Shown here piece after piece: positions 1-11,003 of a DNA stretch of 64,000 bases. Below the pieces are notes generated by a model. It did no database searches and was not told the DNA's origin. It saw only the letters and a program-made list of their open reading frames with translations. The DNA is from an uncultured Eubacteriales bacterium (GTDB lineage: Bacteria > Bacillota > Clostridia > Peptostreptococcales > JAAYPU01): the NCBI GenBank assembly GCA_964553505.1, contig CAZKKX010000001.1:2243-66242 (forward strand), given 5' to 3'. Position 1 is the stretch's first letter. Each line of letters starts with the position of its first letter. Made by a program: the position numbers and the translations under genes.

Positions 1-2649
1 ATTGGACATCCTAATCAAATCATTGATATCTGTTACGATACCTGCCTGCCCGTCTGGTGTTGGCTCACCGTCTACTATTGGTCTTTCGGGTTCCACCTCT
101 GTTTCTCCAAACAGCTCTTCAAGAGCTTCTTTGAGAGTTTCTCTGTATGCAATCCTGTCGCCATAAACCACAATCACTCTTTTTACTTCCGGAAGGCTGT
201 TTACATTGCTGGCCTGCAGATAAATTGGTTCTACATAAATCAATGAATTTTCTATAGGAATGGATAATACATTTCCTCTAATATATGAGGATCCTTGGGA
301 TGCCCATAACGAAAATTCTTTAGAAATTTCCGTATCCTGATCGATTTTAGATTCAATCTGCATCGGACCGTATACGGATACCTGTTTTGGTAATTTATAG
401 ACTATGAGATTCCCATAGTTTTCTCCATCGTTCTGTGCTACAAGCAACGCAGCCATATTGGGCTTATTCCTGGGCGTGTAAGGAATTGAAAGAATAAATT
501 CCTCTTGATCTCTGTCAGGTAATTTCATAATGGTATAGATGGAATCCATAAGAACCGTTTCATTTCCATATATCTGGTTGGCAATGTCCCATCTGTCTTC
601 ACCCTGATAGAAAACGGTGGTATTATCTACATGGTATTCTCTATAAACCTCCGCCTGAATATTAAACAATGTCTGAGGATATCTAATATGTGCTCTTAAA
701 TCATCCGACATTTCCGATATTGGAGTGAACAAAACCGGGAAAATCTTTCCTAAGGTACTGGCCACAGGATCATTTTTATCTATCAAATAAAAAGTCGTAT
801 CACCATTATATGCATCCACAACCACTTTAACAGAATTTCGTATATAGTTGATGCCGTTCTCCATGTAAGGCTGAGCATAGGGATAATTTGCACTTGCGGT
901 ATACGCATCTATTATCCAATAAAGCTTACCCTCGCTTGTAACAATATACGGATCGGAATCAAATCTGAGAAAAGGCGCTATTTTGTTAATACGCTCTCTT
1001 ATATTGCGGTGTATAATTATTCGGGAATCTTTTTTTAAGTTGCTTGCCACAAGCATTTTCATACTTCGCTCCCGAATCGAAAATAACAGCCGATTGATAC
1101 CATTTAGTTGTATACCTGCAGTCCCTTCATAAAATGTCTCTACATTGTCGTCACCGCTGGGATAATCAAACTCTGCCTCTTTGGTATTAATGATAGAATA
1201 ATTATTGGTCAATTCTCCAAAATAAATTTCCGGTCTGGTGATTTCTATTTCTTCTATAGAAGAGCGCGGCGGAAGGTTCTCTATCAATAGCTCCGGCTGC
1301 CCAACCGGCGTAACAGCATTAACAGGCGACATTGCAACACCGTATCCGTGTGTATATTTTAAATGCTGGTTTATCCATGTTTGTGTCAACTGACTTTCAT
1401 CAATTTCCCGTACACCTATAAAAGCCTGTGTGTATTTTCCATTGATCATATATCGGTCTATATCTACATCATAAAAAGTATAATACTGTCGGATACCCTG
1501 CCTCTGATTATAAAACTGAGTCGTTGGACCATAATCATTAATACGGATATTTTCAATGGTTTGAACATTCTTATCAATATCTTCATTTGTAAGATTCATT
1601 CCGACAGGAAAGTCTTTCTCTAAAATTTCATACAACCCGTAAGCCTTTTTTGTATGGTCTATATTGTATCTTAAATACGGAGTCTCTTTTGAAATCTCAT
1701 CTGGAGATACAATCAGATTTTGGACAACAACGGCCCCTACATTGCCTATGATAGATACGGCAATCATCAATACCGGACCAGTCAGTGCCAGCTTGAATTT
1801 TTTTGATCGCAAACCAATTACAAAAAGAAAAGCCGATAAGACGGAAAGCGCTATCATTACACGATAAACCCATAATGTAACATGAATATCGGTATAGCTT
1901 GCACCGTAAGCAACACCTCTGGTAGAAAACAGCAAATCATACTGCTTTAAATAATACCCGGCTCCAAGGATAATAAAAAACAAAAATCCCAATACCATTA
2001 ATTGTCTGATGGCAATTCTCAAGAGTTCCATTCCGTTTTCACGATCAAAACCCCTTTGGAATACATTTTCATATCCTTCTTCTTCATCGGTTACTTCCCT
2101 TAATTTTGGTCTTCTTACACTCATTAGGAACAAATAAAATACCACCGTCATAATGATTAGAAGAATAATGAACAGAATAAGAAAACTGTATATTTGTGAT
2201 ATCAATGGTAATTTAAAAATGTAAAAGGATACATCATTAGCAAATATAGGGTCTTGTTTATTAAAACCCGTGCTGTTGAAAAATCTTAATATATCAAACC
2301 ATAGATTTGAAGAAAAAATAAATGTAACAAACAAAGCAATCACAGCCGATGCACCTAAAGAAATCTGATTGATTCTTTTTTCATTAAGGTTTGCATTAGA
2401 AACATTTACTTTTTTATAGTAGTCTTTTTTTATGGTCCTTAGATAAATATATAGAAAAACTGTTAACACAATAAAAACAGGTATCGCTATCTTCAACTGA
2501 GTAAAAAGTTTTGTCAGGTATACTTGGGTATATCCTATTTCTTTAAACCATAAATAATCGGTTATAAAATTCAGGAAAGTTCCAAAAAATGCAATCGCAA
2601 TTGGAATTATAGTAATTGCAAGCCATAAAAACAGCCTTGATCTTCTCAT
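1..2649 (-). CDS. UPF0182 family polytopic membrane protein (C-terminus runs off the window start)
   Basis: Minus-strand frame is open from ATG 2649 (RBS GAGGTGG at 2654-2660) to position 1 with no stop, so it is absent from the ORF track. My translation starts MRRSRLFLWLAITIIPIAIAFFGTFLNFITDYLWFKEIGY and reads ...VIVVYGDRIAYRETLKEALEELFG near the edge. Both are typical of UPF0182 proteins. Confidence 0.8.
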   Translation of the reverse strand, partial: MRRSRLFLWLAITIIPIAIAFFGTFLNFITDYLWFKEIGYTQVYLTKLFTQLKIAIPVFIVLTVFLYIYLRTIKKDYYKKVNVSNANLNEKRINQISLGASAVIALFVTFIFSSNLWFDILRFFNSTGFNKQDPIFANDVSFYIFKLPLISQIYSFLILFIILLIIMTVVFYLFLMSVRRPKLREVTDEEEGYENVFQRGFDRENGMELLRIAIRQLMVLGFLFFIILGAGYYLKQYDLLFSTRGVAYGASYTDIHVTLWVYRVMIALSVLSAFLFVIGLRSKKFKLALTGPVLMIAVSIIGNVGAVVVQNLIVSPDEISKETPYLRYNIDHTKKAYGLYEILEKDFPVGMNLTNEDIDKNVQTIENIRINDYGPTTQFYNQRQGIRQYYTFYDVDIDRYMINGKYTQAFIGVREIDESQLTQTWINQHLKYTHGYGVAMSPVNAVTPVGQPELLIENLPPRSSIEEIEITRPEIYFGELTNNYSIINTKEAEFDYPSGDDNVETFYEGTAGIQLNGINRLLFSIRERSMKMLVASNLKKDSRIIIHRNIRERINKIAPFLRFDSDPYIVTSEGKLYWIIDAYTASANYPYAQPYMENGINYIRNSVKVVVDAYNGDTTFYLIDKNDPVASTLGKIFPVLFTPISEMSDDLRAHIRYPQTLFNIQAEVYREYHVDNTTVFYQGEDRWDIANQIYGNETVLMDSIYTIMKLPDRDQEEFILSIPYTPRNKPNMAALLVAQNDGENYGNLIVYKLPKQVSVYGPMQIESKIDQDTEISKEFSLWASQGSSYIRGNVLSIPIENSLIYVEPIYLQASNVNSLPEVKRVIVVYGDRIAYRETLKEALEELFGETEVEPERPIVDGEPTPDGQAGIVTDINDLIRMSN

Positions 2650-2740
2650 TTAACCACCTCTTTAAAGTCCATATTAGCATTATTATACCCTACCACTCAA
2701 CATTTTACCAATAAATTGAATTAATTTTGAATTTTCATAT

Positions 2741-2780
2741 AAAAAGATTTTGTCCAAGATTAAATTGACAAAATCTTTTT
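2741..2780. terminator. Perfect 14-bp stem hairpin (AAAAAGATTTTGTC / GACAAAATCTTTTT), likely terminator downstream of the zinc-ribbon gene
   Basis: Inverted repeat 2741-2754 / 2767-2780 with a 12-nt loop. The A/T runs on both sides allow function in either direction. Confidence 0.6.
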
Positions 2781-2934
2781 ATGGTTAGGATTTGTTATAA
2801 TACATCCTACCTATATGGCTTTTGGGCGGTTTTTTATATTCATTTCTGTTTGTTTGTTTTGGCAATTATTGTTTTCGTGAGACAAAAATAAACATCTTAA
2901 CCGATAATAAAAAAACCGGGTAAGATGCTATCAT

Positions 2935-3951
2935 TTATTCTCTGTAATCTGCTATAAAAAAATCATATTCTCCTTCTATTACTTGATAAATCCAATAATA
3001 TTCCCTTATTTCTGACTTTCCTTCTTTTACTACCTTTATTTTTTCATGAGTCCAGATGTAGTAGCCTTCCTGTCCTTTACGTATCTCTCCAATCTCAAAA
3101 AGAAGAAATTCCTCTAAAATACCCTCTTTGTTAAAGTTAACTACATTTTTATAAGCTCTGCTATCTTTTGCAGCCAGCGATATTACTGTTTTATCATTAC
3201 TATTCACATAATCAATCCATTTGGAATTAAACTGAACCAGTGATTTTATAATAGCCGTCTGGTATCTGTAAGGCTTTCCCTCTATTTCTTTCCAAATTTC
3301 GTCAGATATATGAGTAGAATTATTTATATCTGCATTTTTATAATCTATCGTTTCATCATACCTTAAATCTTCGTTATTCCTTACTTCATTAATATTGTAG
3401 TTCATTGTTTCAATGCTTGCAAATGCTTGCTGCCTAGGGGAAAGCTCAGCTTCATCCCCATTTTTTGAATCGGAAGAATCCCCAGTACTCGGGTCATACG
3501 AGCCTTCGTTGTTTCCTTCATCCTCAATGCTTTCTCCCTGCCTGCCTATCAGATTATCATCAAAGAAAAAATATTTTGCTGCAAGCGCTGTTGCTGTAAC
3601 AAATGCAATAACAATTAATATAATGATTAATTTGCCTCCAATACCTTTGAACCCGCCTTCGTCGTCTTCATCATCGTCGAAGTCAAGGATATAATCCTTT
3701 GAATGATTTTTTAATATACTATTCTTATACTTTTCATATTCCTCATCCACATCCCGGGCTTCAGGGCAGTTTTTTCGCTCCACTTCAAACAAACGCATAA
3801 CACTTTCCGAACCTTCAGAAGCATCTGCATCATTTTCATCATCATTATGATTATGGACAAATTCTTCATTAATTTTACTGCGGCAATATGGGCAGTAAAC
3901 ATCATTCTCATCTATGTTTTGTCCGCATTTGGTACAGTACACAATCATCAC
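2935..3951 (-). CDS. Zinc-ribbon domain membrane protein, function unknown
   Basis: N-terminal CTKCG...CPYC zinc-ribbon, an acidic linker, one TM helix (LIIILIVIAFVTATALAA) and a C-terminal extracytoplasmic domain. Start is GTG 3951 or ATG 3948. Confidence 0.6.
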   Translation of the reverse strand: MMIVYCTKCGQNIDENDVYCPYCRSKINEEFVHNHNDDENDADASEGSESVMRLFEVERKNCPEARDVDEEYEKYKNSILKNHSKDYILDFDDDEDDEGGFKGIGGKLIIILIVIAFVTATALAAKYFFFDDNLIGRQGESIEDEGNNEGSYDPSTGDSSDSKNGDEAELSPRQQAFASIETMNYNINEVRNNEDLRYDETIDYKNADINNSTHISDEIWKEIEGKPYRYQTAIIKSLVQFNSKWIDYVNSNDKTVISLAAKDSRAYKNVVNFNKEGILEEFLLFEIGEIRKGQEGYYIWTHEKIKVVKEGKSEIREYYWIYQVIEGEYDFFIADYRE

Positions 3952-4007
3952 CTCGCATAGAGCTTTTGTTTCAAATCTTTAGTGCCGGGTTTTGCGTTCA
4001 GAACAAA

Positions 4008-4352
4008 TCAGTCCTTGATCCTTCTGGCTATTTCTTCTTCTGTTTCCTGGCTGCAAATTGCTTCTTCTTCATCATGATTTAAATCCGAACAAGTAAAATT
4101 ATCGGATAGTTTAATTGCATGACAATCAATAGACGCTACGTCTTTAGACAATTCATTTACAAGAATCTCCAAATGTCTAATCCGTTTTTCAATCTTTTTA
4201 AGCATTTTTATCAAATTGTTGATTTTCCAGTACCATAATCTCATTTCACGAAGAAGTAGCCAAATAATAAATATGGCTAAAGTGACCACTACAATGCCTG
4301 CTGCAAATTTTAAAGCATCTTCGGTAAAGAGAAATGCATTTAAAGTAATCAT
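4008..4352 (-). CDS. Small single-pass membrane protein with coiled-coil tail, hypothetical
   Basis: ORF 4008-4364. The internal ATG at 4352 is preceded by GAGGGA. It has a TM helix (AAGIVVVTLAIFIIWLLL) followed by a charged helical region. Confidence 0.45.
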   Translation of the reverse strand: MITLNAFLFTEDALKFAAGIVVVTLAIFIIWLLLREMRLWYWKINNLIKMLKKIEKRIRHLEILVNELSKDVASIDCHAIKLSDNFTCSDLNHDEEEAICSQETEEEIARRIKD

Positions 4353-4625
4353 GCCATCCCTCAATATTTTTCTAATTTTGTCTAATTTGGTTTTATTATA
4401 TAATATAACATTCAGGATATCAAATAACTTTTCATTATATTATTTCATCCAATAATTAATCCTGCATGCGGTAAGACTTTTTTCTCAACCGCATATTCAT
4501 ATATTCTAAGAACTAATATTAGGAACAATTTGACAAATAATTTCATTTTTTACTACTCTTTCTGGCATAAATAGTATATAATTTTAAAATAATCATGATA
4601 TATAAAAAAGCAGGGGGTAATTTAA

Positions 4626-7268
4626 TTGCAGAACTTTTCAATCAAAACAAAACTCTTAATTAATTTATTTTTTTCAGTTTCAATAATAATCATAATTGGT
4701 CTTATCACATATATGAATCTACAAAAATTAGATTATTTTCAAAATGAACTGAACGAAGAATACAATCGTGCACAATTAGCTATTCAAGTATCCACGTCAG
4801 GAGAAAAACTATATTCTATTATTGCCGACAGCTATATCTACGGCGATATTGGAAATATGCAACAAGAATTTACAACTGAAAAGGAAGATACAAAGAATAA
4901 CATAGAAAGCTTATCGGAAAATGCATCAAAAGCGCATCAGACACTATTACATAATGCAATGACAGAATATTATAAAATAGTTGCAGCTTATGAATTTTCT
5001 ATTCTCCCGCATTTGGAAATACTTTCTACAGAACCGGATAATAGGCTTTCTCAAGCGCATGTGGCAAATTATTTAAATGACTTAAAGGAGTATATGGAAC
5101 CTTATAAAAGATACCTGAATACGGTAGCAAATGAGATGGTCGCAAAAGCCGAAATCCAGAAAGCAAATTTTGAAGAAACCAGTAAATCTATTGTTATGAT
5201 CAATATAATTTTAATTATAGCAGGTACTTTTTTCATTTTCCTTATCGCCTTTTTCATTATGCGAAGTATTATATCTCCGCTGAATAAAGCTGTAAGCTTT
5301 GTAAATAACATATCCAAATGGGATATGTCTTCAAAAATTACCGTTAAAAACAAGGATGAAATCGGTATTCTTTTAAATGCAATGCAAAACATGTCAGACA
5401 ATATAACAGAACGTATTTCAGCTATTAATGAAATCTCTTCCGGGAATCTTAACGTCCACGTTCCCAAAGCCAGCGAGAAAGATGAGCTTGCCGAAAGTAT
5501 TAATAAAGTTGTCTCATCTCTGAAAGGTTTAATCGATGAAACAGAAAGTCTGGTAGATAATTCTGTCAAGGGGAAACTTGATGTCCGCGGAAAAGCATCT
5601 CAATATGAAGGTGCATACGGAGCTATAGTGTCCTCAATAAATAAAATTATAGATACTTTAGTCGGACACATGAATGCGGTACAAGCTCCGATTATGATTA
5701 TTGATAAGGATTTTGAAATCCAGTATATGAATACGGCTGGTGCTGATTTAACCGGTCTTAGTGGTGATGAGCTCATTGGCAAAAAATGTTTCGACTGCAT
5801 GAAAACATCAGATTGCAATACTTCAAAATGCGCGGCAGGTATTGCAATGACTGAAAACAGGATTGCTTCCAGTGAAACAGATGCTCATCCGGGAAGCCAT
5901 GATTTGGATATTTCTTATGACGGCATTCCGCTAAAAAATAATGACGGAGAAATAATTGGCTCTCTTGAAATTATAACGGATCTGACTGAGATAAAAAAAG
6001 CTCAGCGTGTTTCCGAAAAACAAATTAAGCTTCAAGAAAGGGAAGTAAGCGCTTTAATTTCAAATCTGGAATTGCTTGCACAGGGTAATTTAAACCTTGA
6101 ACTTGAACCATCTGAAACAGATGATGATACTAAACAATTAGGTGAGAACTTCGATAAAATTAAGGAAAATTTAGGTATCAGTATTGATGCTATAAAAACA
6201 TATGTAATTGAAATATCCGATGTTCTTACTAAAATTGCAAATTCTGATTTAAATATAGAAATTACCAGTGATTATATGGGAGACTTTTCTTCAATCAAAG
6301 CAGCGCTTAACTTAATCATCCAATCATTCAATGAAGTTTTACAAGAGATTAATAATTCCGCCGACCAAGTAGCAACCGGTGCACACCAACTTTCCGACAG
6401 CAGCCAAGAATTGTCTCAGGGGGCAACCGAACAAGCCGGTGCAATTGAACAGCTGACTGTATCCATAAAGGAAATTGCCCAGAAAACGAAACAAAATGCC
6501 GGTTATGCAGAAAATGCAAATCAGCTTACAGGAACTGTTAAAGAAAATGCTAATAAAGGAAATTTACATATGCAGGAAATGCTTTCGTCTATGAAAGAAA
6601 TTAATGTAGCATCCTCCAATATTTCCAATATAATAAAAGTCATTGATGAGATTGCATTCCAAACAAACATTCTCGCTTTGAATGCTGCTGTTGAAGCTGC
6701 AAGAGCAGGCGAACACGGAAAGGGCTTTGCAGTTGTCGCAGAGGAGGTTCGTAATCTTGCTGCCAGAAGCGCTCAAGCAGCAAAAGAAACTACGGAACTA
6801 ATTGAAGGCTCTATATCAAAAGCACAATCAGGAACTGAAACAGCTAATGCCACGGCCGAAGCCTTAAATGAAATTATTGAAGGTGTAACAAAGGCAGCTG
6901 AGTTGGTAGGCCAAATCGCTCAATCTTCTATTGGACAAACTTCAGGAATTGAAGAAATTGAAGGTGGGATTCAACAAGTATCTGAAGTCACCCAGACAAA
7001 TACTTCTACTGCTGAAGAAAGCGCTGCAGCTACTGAGGAATTGTCCGGACAGGCTGAATTACTTAAAGAAATGGTTAGTAAATTTAACCTAAAAGACACT
7101 TATAAATTAAACTCTTTAAATGATGAAAGTGTTGAGCTGTTAACAGCTTCCGGTACTGTTTGTGAAAAAGAAGACCGAGATGAAACAATGCTTGATGATT
7201 CTGATTGTTTAAACAACTCTGATGACATAGAAGAAGAAACAGAAACTGATGATTGTGGAAAGTACTGA
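4626..7268 (+). CDS. Methyl-accepting chemotaxis protein with HAMP and Cys-rich PAS domains
   Basis: 880 aa with a TTG start after AGGGGG. Two TM segments, HAMP-like linkers, a PAS region ([16 protein letters not shown]...GKKCFDC) and the conserved MCP signalling hairpin ([40 protein letters not shown]). Confidence 0.9.
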   Translation: MQNFSIKTKLLINLFFSVSIIIIIGLITYMNLQKLDYFQNELNEEYNRAQLAIQVSTSGEKLYSIIADSYIYGDIGNMQQEFTTEKEDTKNNIESLSENASKAHQTLLHNAMTEYYKIVAAYEFSILPHLEILSTEPDNRLSQAHVANYLNDLKEYMEPYKRYLNTVANEMVAKAEIQKANFEETSKSIVMINIILIIAGTFFIFLIAFFIMRSIISPLNKAVSFVNNISKWDMSSKITVKNKDEIGILLNAMQNMSDNITERISAINEISSGNLNVHVPKASEKDELAESINKVVSSLKGLIDETESLVDNSVKGKLDVRGKASQYEGAYGAIVSSINKIIDTLVGHMNAVQAPIMIIDKDFEIQYMNTAGADLTGLSGDELIGKKCFDCMKTSDCNTSKCAAGIAMTENRIASSETDAHPGSHDLDISYDGIPLKNNDGEIIGSLEIITDLTEIKKAQRVSEKQIKLQEREVSALISNLELLAQGNLNLELEPSETDDDTKQLGENFDKIKENLGISIDAIKTYVIEISDVLTKIANSDLNIEITSDYMGDFSSIKAALNLIIQSFNEVLQEINNSADQVATGAHQLSDSSQELSQGATEQAGAIEQLTVSIKEIAQKTKQNAGYAENANQLTGTVKENANKGNLHMQEMLSSMKEINVASSNISNIIKVIDEIAFQTNILALNAAVEAARAGEHGKGFAVVAEEVRNLAARSAQAAKETTELIEGSISKAQSGTETANATAEALNEIIEGVTKAAELVGQIAQSSIGQTSGIEEIEGGIQQVSEVTQTNTSTAEESAAATEELSGQAELLKEMVSKFNLKDTYKLNSLNDESVELLTASGTVCEKEDRDETMLDDSDCLNNSDDIEEETETDDCGKY

Positions 7269-7286
7269 TTAATGAATTGTGCCTAA

Positions 7287-7315
7287 GAGAAAAGCCCTGA
7301 AACAGGGCTTTTCTC
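7287..7315. terminator. Bidirectional rho-independent terminator between the convergent MCP and symporter genes
   Basis: 13-bp perfect stem GAGAAAAGCCCTG / CAGGGCTTTTCTC with a 3-nt loop, flanked by A/T runs. Confidence 0.85.
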
Positions 7316-7338
7316 ATTTCTTTATTCCATAACTCTTA

Positions 7339-8799
7339 CTATTCTCCATAGAATAGCTCTATAGTTTCCTTATCCGGTTTTTTTCCAATATAACTACCTA
7401 TGACGAATAAAATAATGGCTATTACAATTGTCGGAACGATCTGGTTCATCCCAATATAATTTACTCCTGAAATCGTATAATAGAAATACACTCCTACGCC
7501 GCCAATCATCGACAATATAGCCCCTGTCGCATTTGCTTTTTTCCAATATAATCCAAATATCGTTGGACAAAGAAATGCTGCTTCGAGTCCGCCAAATGCA
7601 AATAAGTTAACCCATACAATCAAGCTTGGCGGATTTATAGAAAATATAAAGACAACAATCCCCAATATTCCCGTAGTAATAAAACTGAGTCTGGTAAGGG
7701 TTTGTTCTTTCATTTCTGACTTTGAATAGTGCATGAACAAATCTTTTACAATAGCTGCCGATGCTAATATAAGCATAGAGTCCACCGTTGACATAATAGC
7801 TGCCAAAGGTCCAGCTATAAAAATCCCTGCCAAAACAGGATGCAAAACTTGAATGGTTAATGTAGGTATAACTAAATCACTGTTCTCTATACCTTCTGTC
7901 AAAACAGCCTGACCCAAAAAACCAACCAAATGCATTCCTAACATTAAGAATCCAACTACAAATGTCCCTATAATCATAGCATTATGTAAAGATTTCGAAT
8001 CCTTAAACCCCATGCCTCTTACGGTGGTCTGCGGCAGACCAAGAATACCAAGTCCTACCAATATCCAAAAGGACAGTATATAAGGTTTACTAATGGTTCC
8101 TCCTGCCGTAGGTTCTAACGCCCCTGGGTTGGATACGGTTATAGTGTCAATAATGCTTTCCATTCCGCCGCCGGCTTTAATAACAGCAAACAACAGAAAT
8201 ATCGTCGCAAAAATCATTACAACTCCTTGAATCGCATCTGTTAATGCAACCGCTCTGAATCCACCTACCGTGGTATAAATCACAACTACAATACCAAAGA
8301 TCGCCAAACCCATTACATAAGAATATCCTGTGACTGCCTGAAATAATCGAGCGCCTCCGATAAACTGCGCTACCATTGTTGCAGCAAAAAAAGCCAGTAT
8401 CGCAATAGATGCTAAAATTACAACAGCATCTGATTTATATCGTGCCCTCAAAAAATCTGTAACCGTTACAGCATCTATTTTTCTTGCTATAATTGCGAAT
8501 TTTTTGCCCAGTACACCAAGTGTTAAAAATGCAGTTGGAACTTGAATCATTGCTAAGAATACCCATCCAAGACCTCTTGTAAAAGCTACTCCCGGACCTC
8601 CAACAAAACTGCTGGCACTGGCAAAAGTTGCAATTATAGTCATTGCCAGCACAAATCCTCCCATTGAACGTCCGCCAATAAAGTATTCTTCAATAAATCC
8701 ACCTTTTGCTCCTTGAGCAATCTTGCTTGTATAAACAGCAATGCCCAGCATAACCACAAGGTATATAATCATAGGAACTAAAATCATACTATTTCCCAT
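7339..8799 (-). CDS. panF: Sodium:solute symporter (SSS family), PanF-like sodium/pantothenate symporter
   Basis: Polytopic SSS-family sequence. Start chosen at ATG 8799 behind GGAGGAAA (8805-8812). A YhdT-family gene lies immediately upstream, as in the known yhdT-panF pairing. The substrate assignment is only inferred. Confidence 0.7.
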   Translation of the reverse strand: MGNSMILVPMIIYLVVMLGIAVYTSKIAQGAKGGFIEEYFIGGRSMGGFVLAMTIIATFASASSFVGGPGVAFTRGLGWVFLAMIQVPTAFLTLGVLGKKFAIIARKIDAVTVTDFLRARYKSDAVVILASIAILAFFAATMVAQFIGGARLFQAVTGYSYVMGLAIFGIVVVIYTTVGGFRAVALTDAIQGVVMIFATIFLLFAVIKAGGGMESIIDTITVSNPGALEPTAGGTISKPYILSFWILVGLGILGLPQTTVRGMGFKDSKSLHNAMIIGTFVVGFLMLGMHLVGFLGQAVLTEGIENSDLVIPTLTIQVLHPVLAGIFIAGPLAAIMSTVDSMLILASAAIVKDLFMHYSKSEMKEQTLTRLSFITTGILGIVVFIFSINPPSLIVWVNLFAFGGLEAAFLCPTIFGLYWKKANATGAILSMIGGVGVYFYYTISGVNYIGMNQIVPTIVIAIILFVIGSYIGKKPDKETIELFYGE

Positions 8800-8864
8800 A
8801 AAGGTTTCCTCCTTACAATTTATCCTTGTTTTTTGCAATTAAATATCAGCTTTAATTGGCTTTA

Positions 8865-9134
8865 TTAAGCTTTCTCTTCTTCGTTTAAATCAATTTCTAC
8901 AAAGAATTTTTTTACCATGACAAGCACCGCAGTAGAAATCACAAGCCAGCCTAAAATACAACTAAAGAAAAACCAGCTTGGCAATCCCATAATGTAAGTA
9001 AAATTGCCTGGATCTCCTCCGCTTAGTCCGTAACCGAAAGCATACCACCAAATGAAAAATATAGCATATAAACATAATGTCAATAATGCTTCTTTATTTA
9101 GCTGACGATTTTTTTCCTTTTCGGACATTTTCAT
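8865..9134 (-). CDS. yhdT: YhdT/DUF997 family small membrane protein
   Basis: 89 aa with two TM helices (LCLYAIFFIWWYAFGY; WFFFSCILGWLVISTAVLVMV). Position directly upstream of an SSS symporter. Confidence 0.65.
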   Translation of the reverse strand: MKMSEKEKNRQLNKEALLTLCLYAIFFIWWYAFGYGLSGGDPGNFTYIMGLPSWFFFSCILGWLVISTAVLVMVKKFFVEIDLNEEEKA

Positions 9135-9314
9135 AAGATTACCTCCTTTTTAAATTAAGTGTTTAGCGTAAAAAGTTTCCTATCCCCCTTCCCGTAATGC
9201 ATATTGACTATAGATAAGTCATTACCTAAATCACCTATATACAAAGTTCCTCAGAAATAAATCAGGCTTTTTCTGAAGATATGTCTGCATTTTTTCAACA
9301 ACTTCTTGTTTTGT

Positions 9315-10532
9315 TTATTTCTCATTAAGATAAAGCATGGCTGTCAAGGCATATATTTTTGTTGTTTCAACAAGCTCATCAATCTCAACAAATTCATCGG
9401 CTTGATGCGGTATCAGTCTGTCTCCGGCACCGGTAGTGATAACCGGAATACCTCTTAGAGAATGTAAAAAAGTACCGTCGGTAGCACCGGGAACACCATT
9501 ATAAACAGGCTCTTTTCCTGTTACTCCCGTATAGGCCTCTGCCATTGCTTGTACAACTGGCTCTTCAGGTGATGTTTCTGTCCAAGGTCTTTCTTCTATA
9601 ACTTCCATTTCTGCTTTAAATTCTTTATCTTCACGACCCAATTTATCCAATATATCTTGAATCTGTTGTTTCAAAGTCTCATGATTCTGTCCCGGAACCG
9701 TTCTTATGTCCAGAGTAGTGTAACATTCTTTAGGGATTACATTAATCTGTGCCTCCCCTTTGGAAGGAGCCATAAGAATCGTAGGCGTTATACTGGGATA
9801 CCCCAAGTAGTGATGTTTCCCAAGGCGATCTTTTTCGGACATTTCCAGTTTTTCAAGTTCACATATTATCTTTGCCATACGCCAGTTTGGGTTAATCCCT
9901 GAAAGAGGCATCGCTCCATGAGCCATTTTACCAAAGGTCCGTATAATAATTCTCATTGCACCTTTCTGATTGATACATAGCTGATTTTCTTCGGGTTCAC
10001 AAATAACTGCAGCGTCCACATTATCTGCCCAGCCGTTTTTGATAAATGATTTAATACCAATCATCATGCCTTCTTCGTCTACCGGAATGCATAATACTAT
10101 TCTACCCTTAAACTCTGCTTTTGATTCTAAAATTGATTTAACTGCAAAAATTGCCGCCGCAACATTCCCCTTAGTATCACAGGCTCCTCTTGCATAGATC
10201 TTTCCATTTTCAATAGTTGCTTCAAAGGGGTCATAATGCCATTCATCTAAATCCCCTGCTGTAACCACATCTGTATGCCCTTCAAACAAAAGGGTTTTCC
10301 CCTTTTCTTTACCTTCTATTATTCCAATTACATTAGGTCTTTTAGGTGCTGCTTCATCAATATGTACTTCTATACCTAATTTCTTCAAATAATCTGCAAT
10401 AAAATATGCTGCCTTTTCTTCGGTGTGTCCCTCTTTATCAGGATCATAAACACTTTTTATCCTTAAAATTTTTTGAGTAAAGTCCACCAGTTCTTTTTCA
10501 TTTACATGTTCAATCACATTATTATATTTCAT
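9315..10532 (-). CDS. M20 family metallopeptidase (ArgE/DapE/PepV-like amidohydrolase)
   Basis: Motifs LLFEGHTDVV, ARGACDTKGN and EPEENQ are typical of M20 dimetal hydrolases. Start at ATG 10532 behind AGGAGA. Confidence 0.8.
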   Translation of the reverse strand: MKYNNVIEHVNEKELVDFTQKILRIKSVYDPDKEGHTEEKAAYFIADYLKKLGIEVHIDEAAPKRPNVIGIIEGKEKGKTLLFEGHTDVVTAGDLDEWHYDPFEATIENGKIYARGACDTKGNVAAAIFAVKSILESKAEFKGRIVLCIPVDEEGMMIGIKSFIKNGWADNVDAAVICEPEENQLCINQKGAMRIIIRTFGKMAHGAMPLSGINPNWRMAKIICELEKLEMSEKDRLGKHHYLGYPSITPTILMAPSKGEAQINVIPKECYTTLDIRTVPGQNHETLKQQIQDILDKLGREDKEFKAEMEVIEERPWTETSPEEPVVQAMAEAYTGVTGKEPVYNGVPGATDGTFLHSLRGIPVITTGAGDRLIPHQADEFVEIDELVETTKIYALTAMLYLNEK

Positions 10533-10692
10533 TTTTAATCTCCTACACCTTAAATCTTCAATTAGCATTAACTAAACTAAACAAGGATTTCTCCTTAGCA
10601 GATCCATTGGTTAAAACTTCATTTATAGGCGTGTTATTATTTAATAATTTCTGCTTATATTTTCTATTCCTCGAAAAGAATTGCTTTAACCT

Positions 10693-10737
10693 TTAAGTTT
10701 CAATGTTTCGAAACTTTTGAAATATCTTCTTTTTCAT
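10693..10737 (-). CDS. 14-codon upstream mini-ORF (MKKKIFQKFRNIET) in the leader of the M20 gene
   Basis: Strong RBS GGAGGTGG 7 nt before the ATG. It lies between a sigma-A-like promoter (TTTACA-N16-TGgTATAAT on the minus strand, around 10825-10855) and the M20 start. Confidence 0.3.
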   Translation of the reverse strand: MKKKIFQKFRNIET

Positions 10738-11003
10738 AAATAAACCACCTCCAAAAATATTGTGTTTTTCAAACCTTTTATGTTTCGCATTGCAAAACAA
10801 TGTTTTGGATTTTAATTTGAATTTATTATACCATGTTTTACAGTTATGTAAAATAATTCTTTCAAGCTATATTTCCAAAAAATTTAGTTATTAAAAATTA
10901 TATAGCCTTTTTATGTTCTATTTTACTATTTTGCGTTTTTTGCTTTATAATTATAATATGATTCGAATGATTATTTTTCTATAATTAATATGAAGGTGAT
11001 AAT

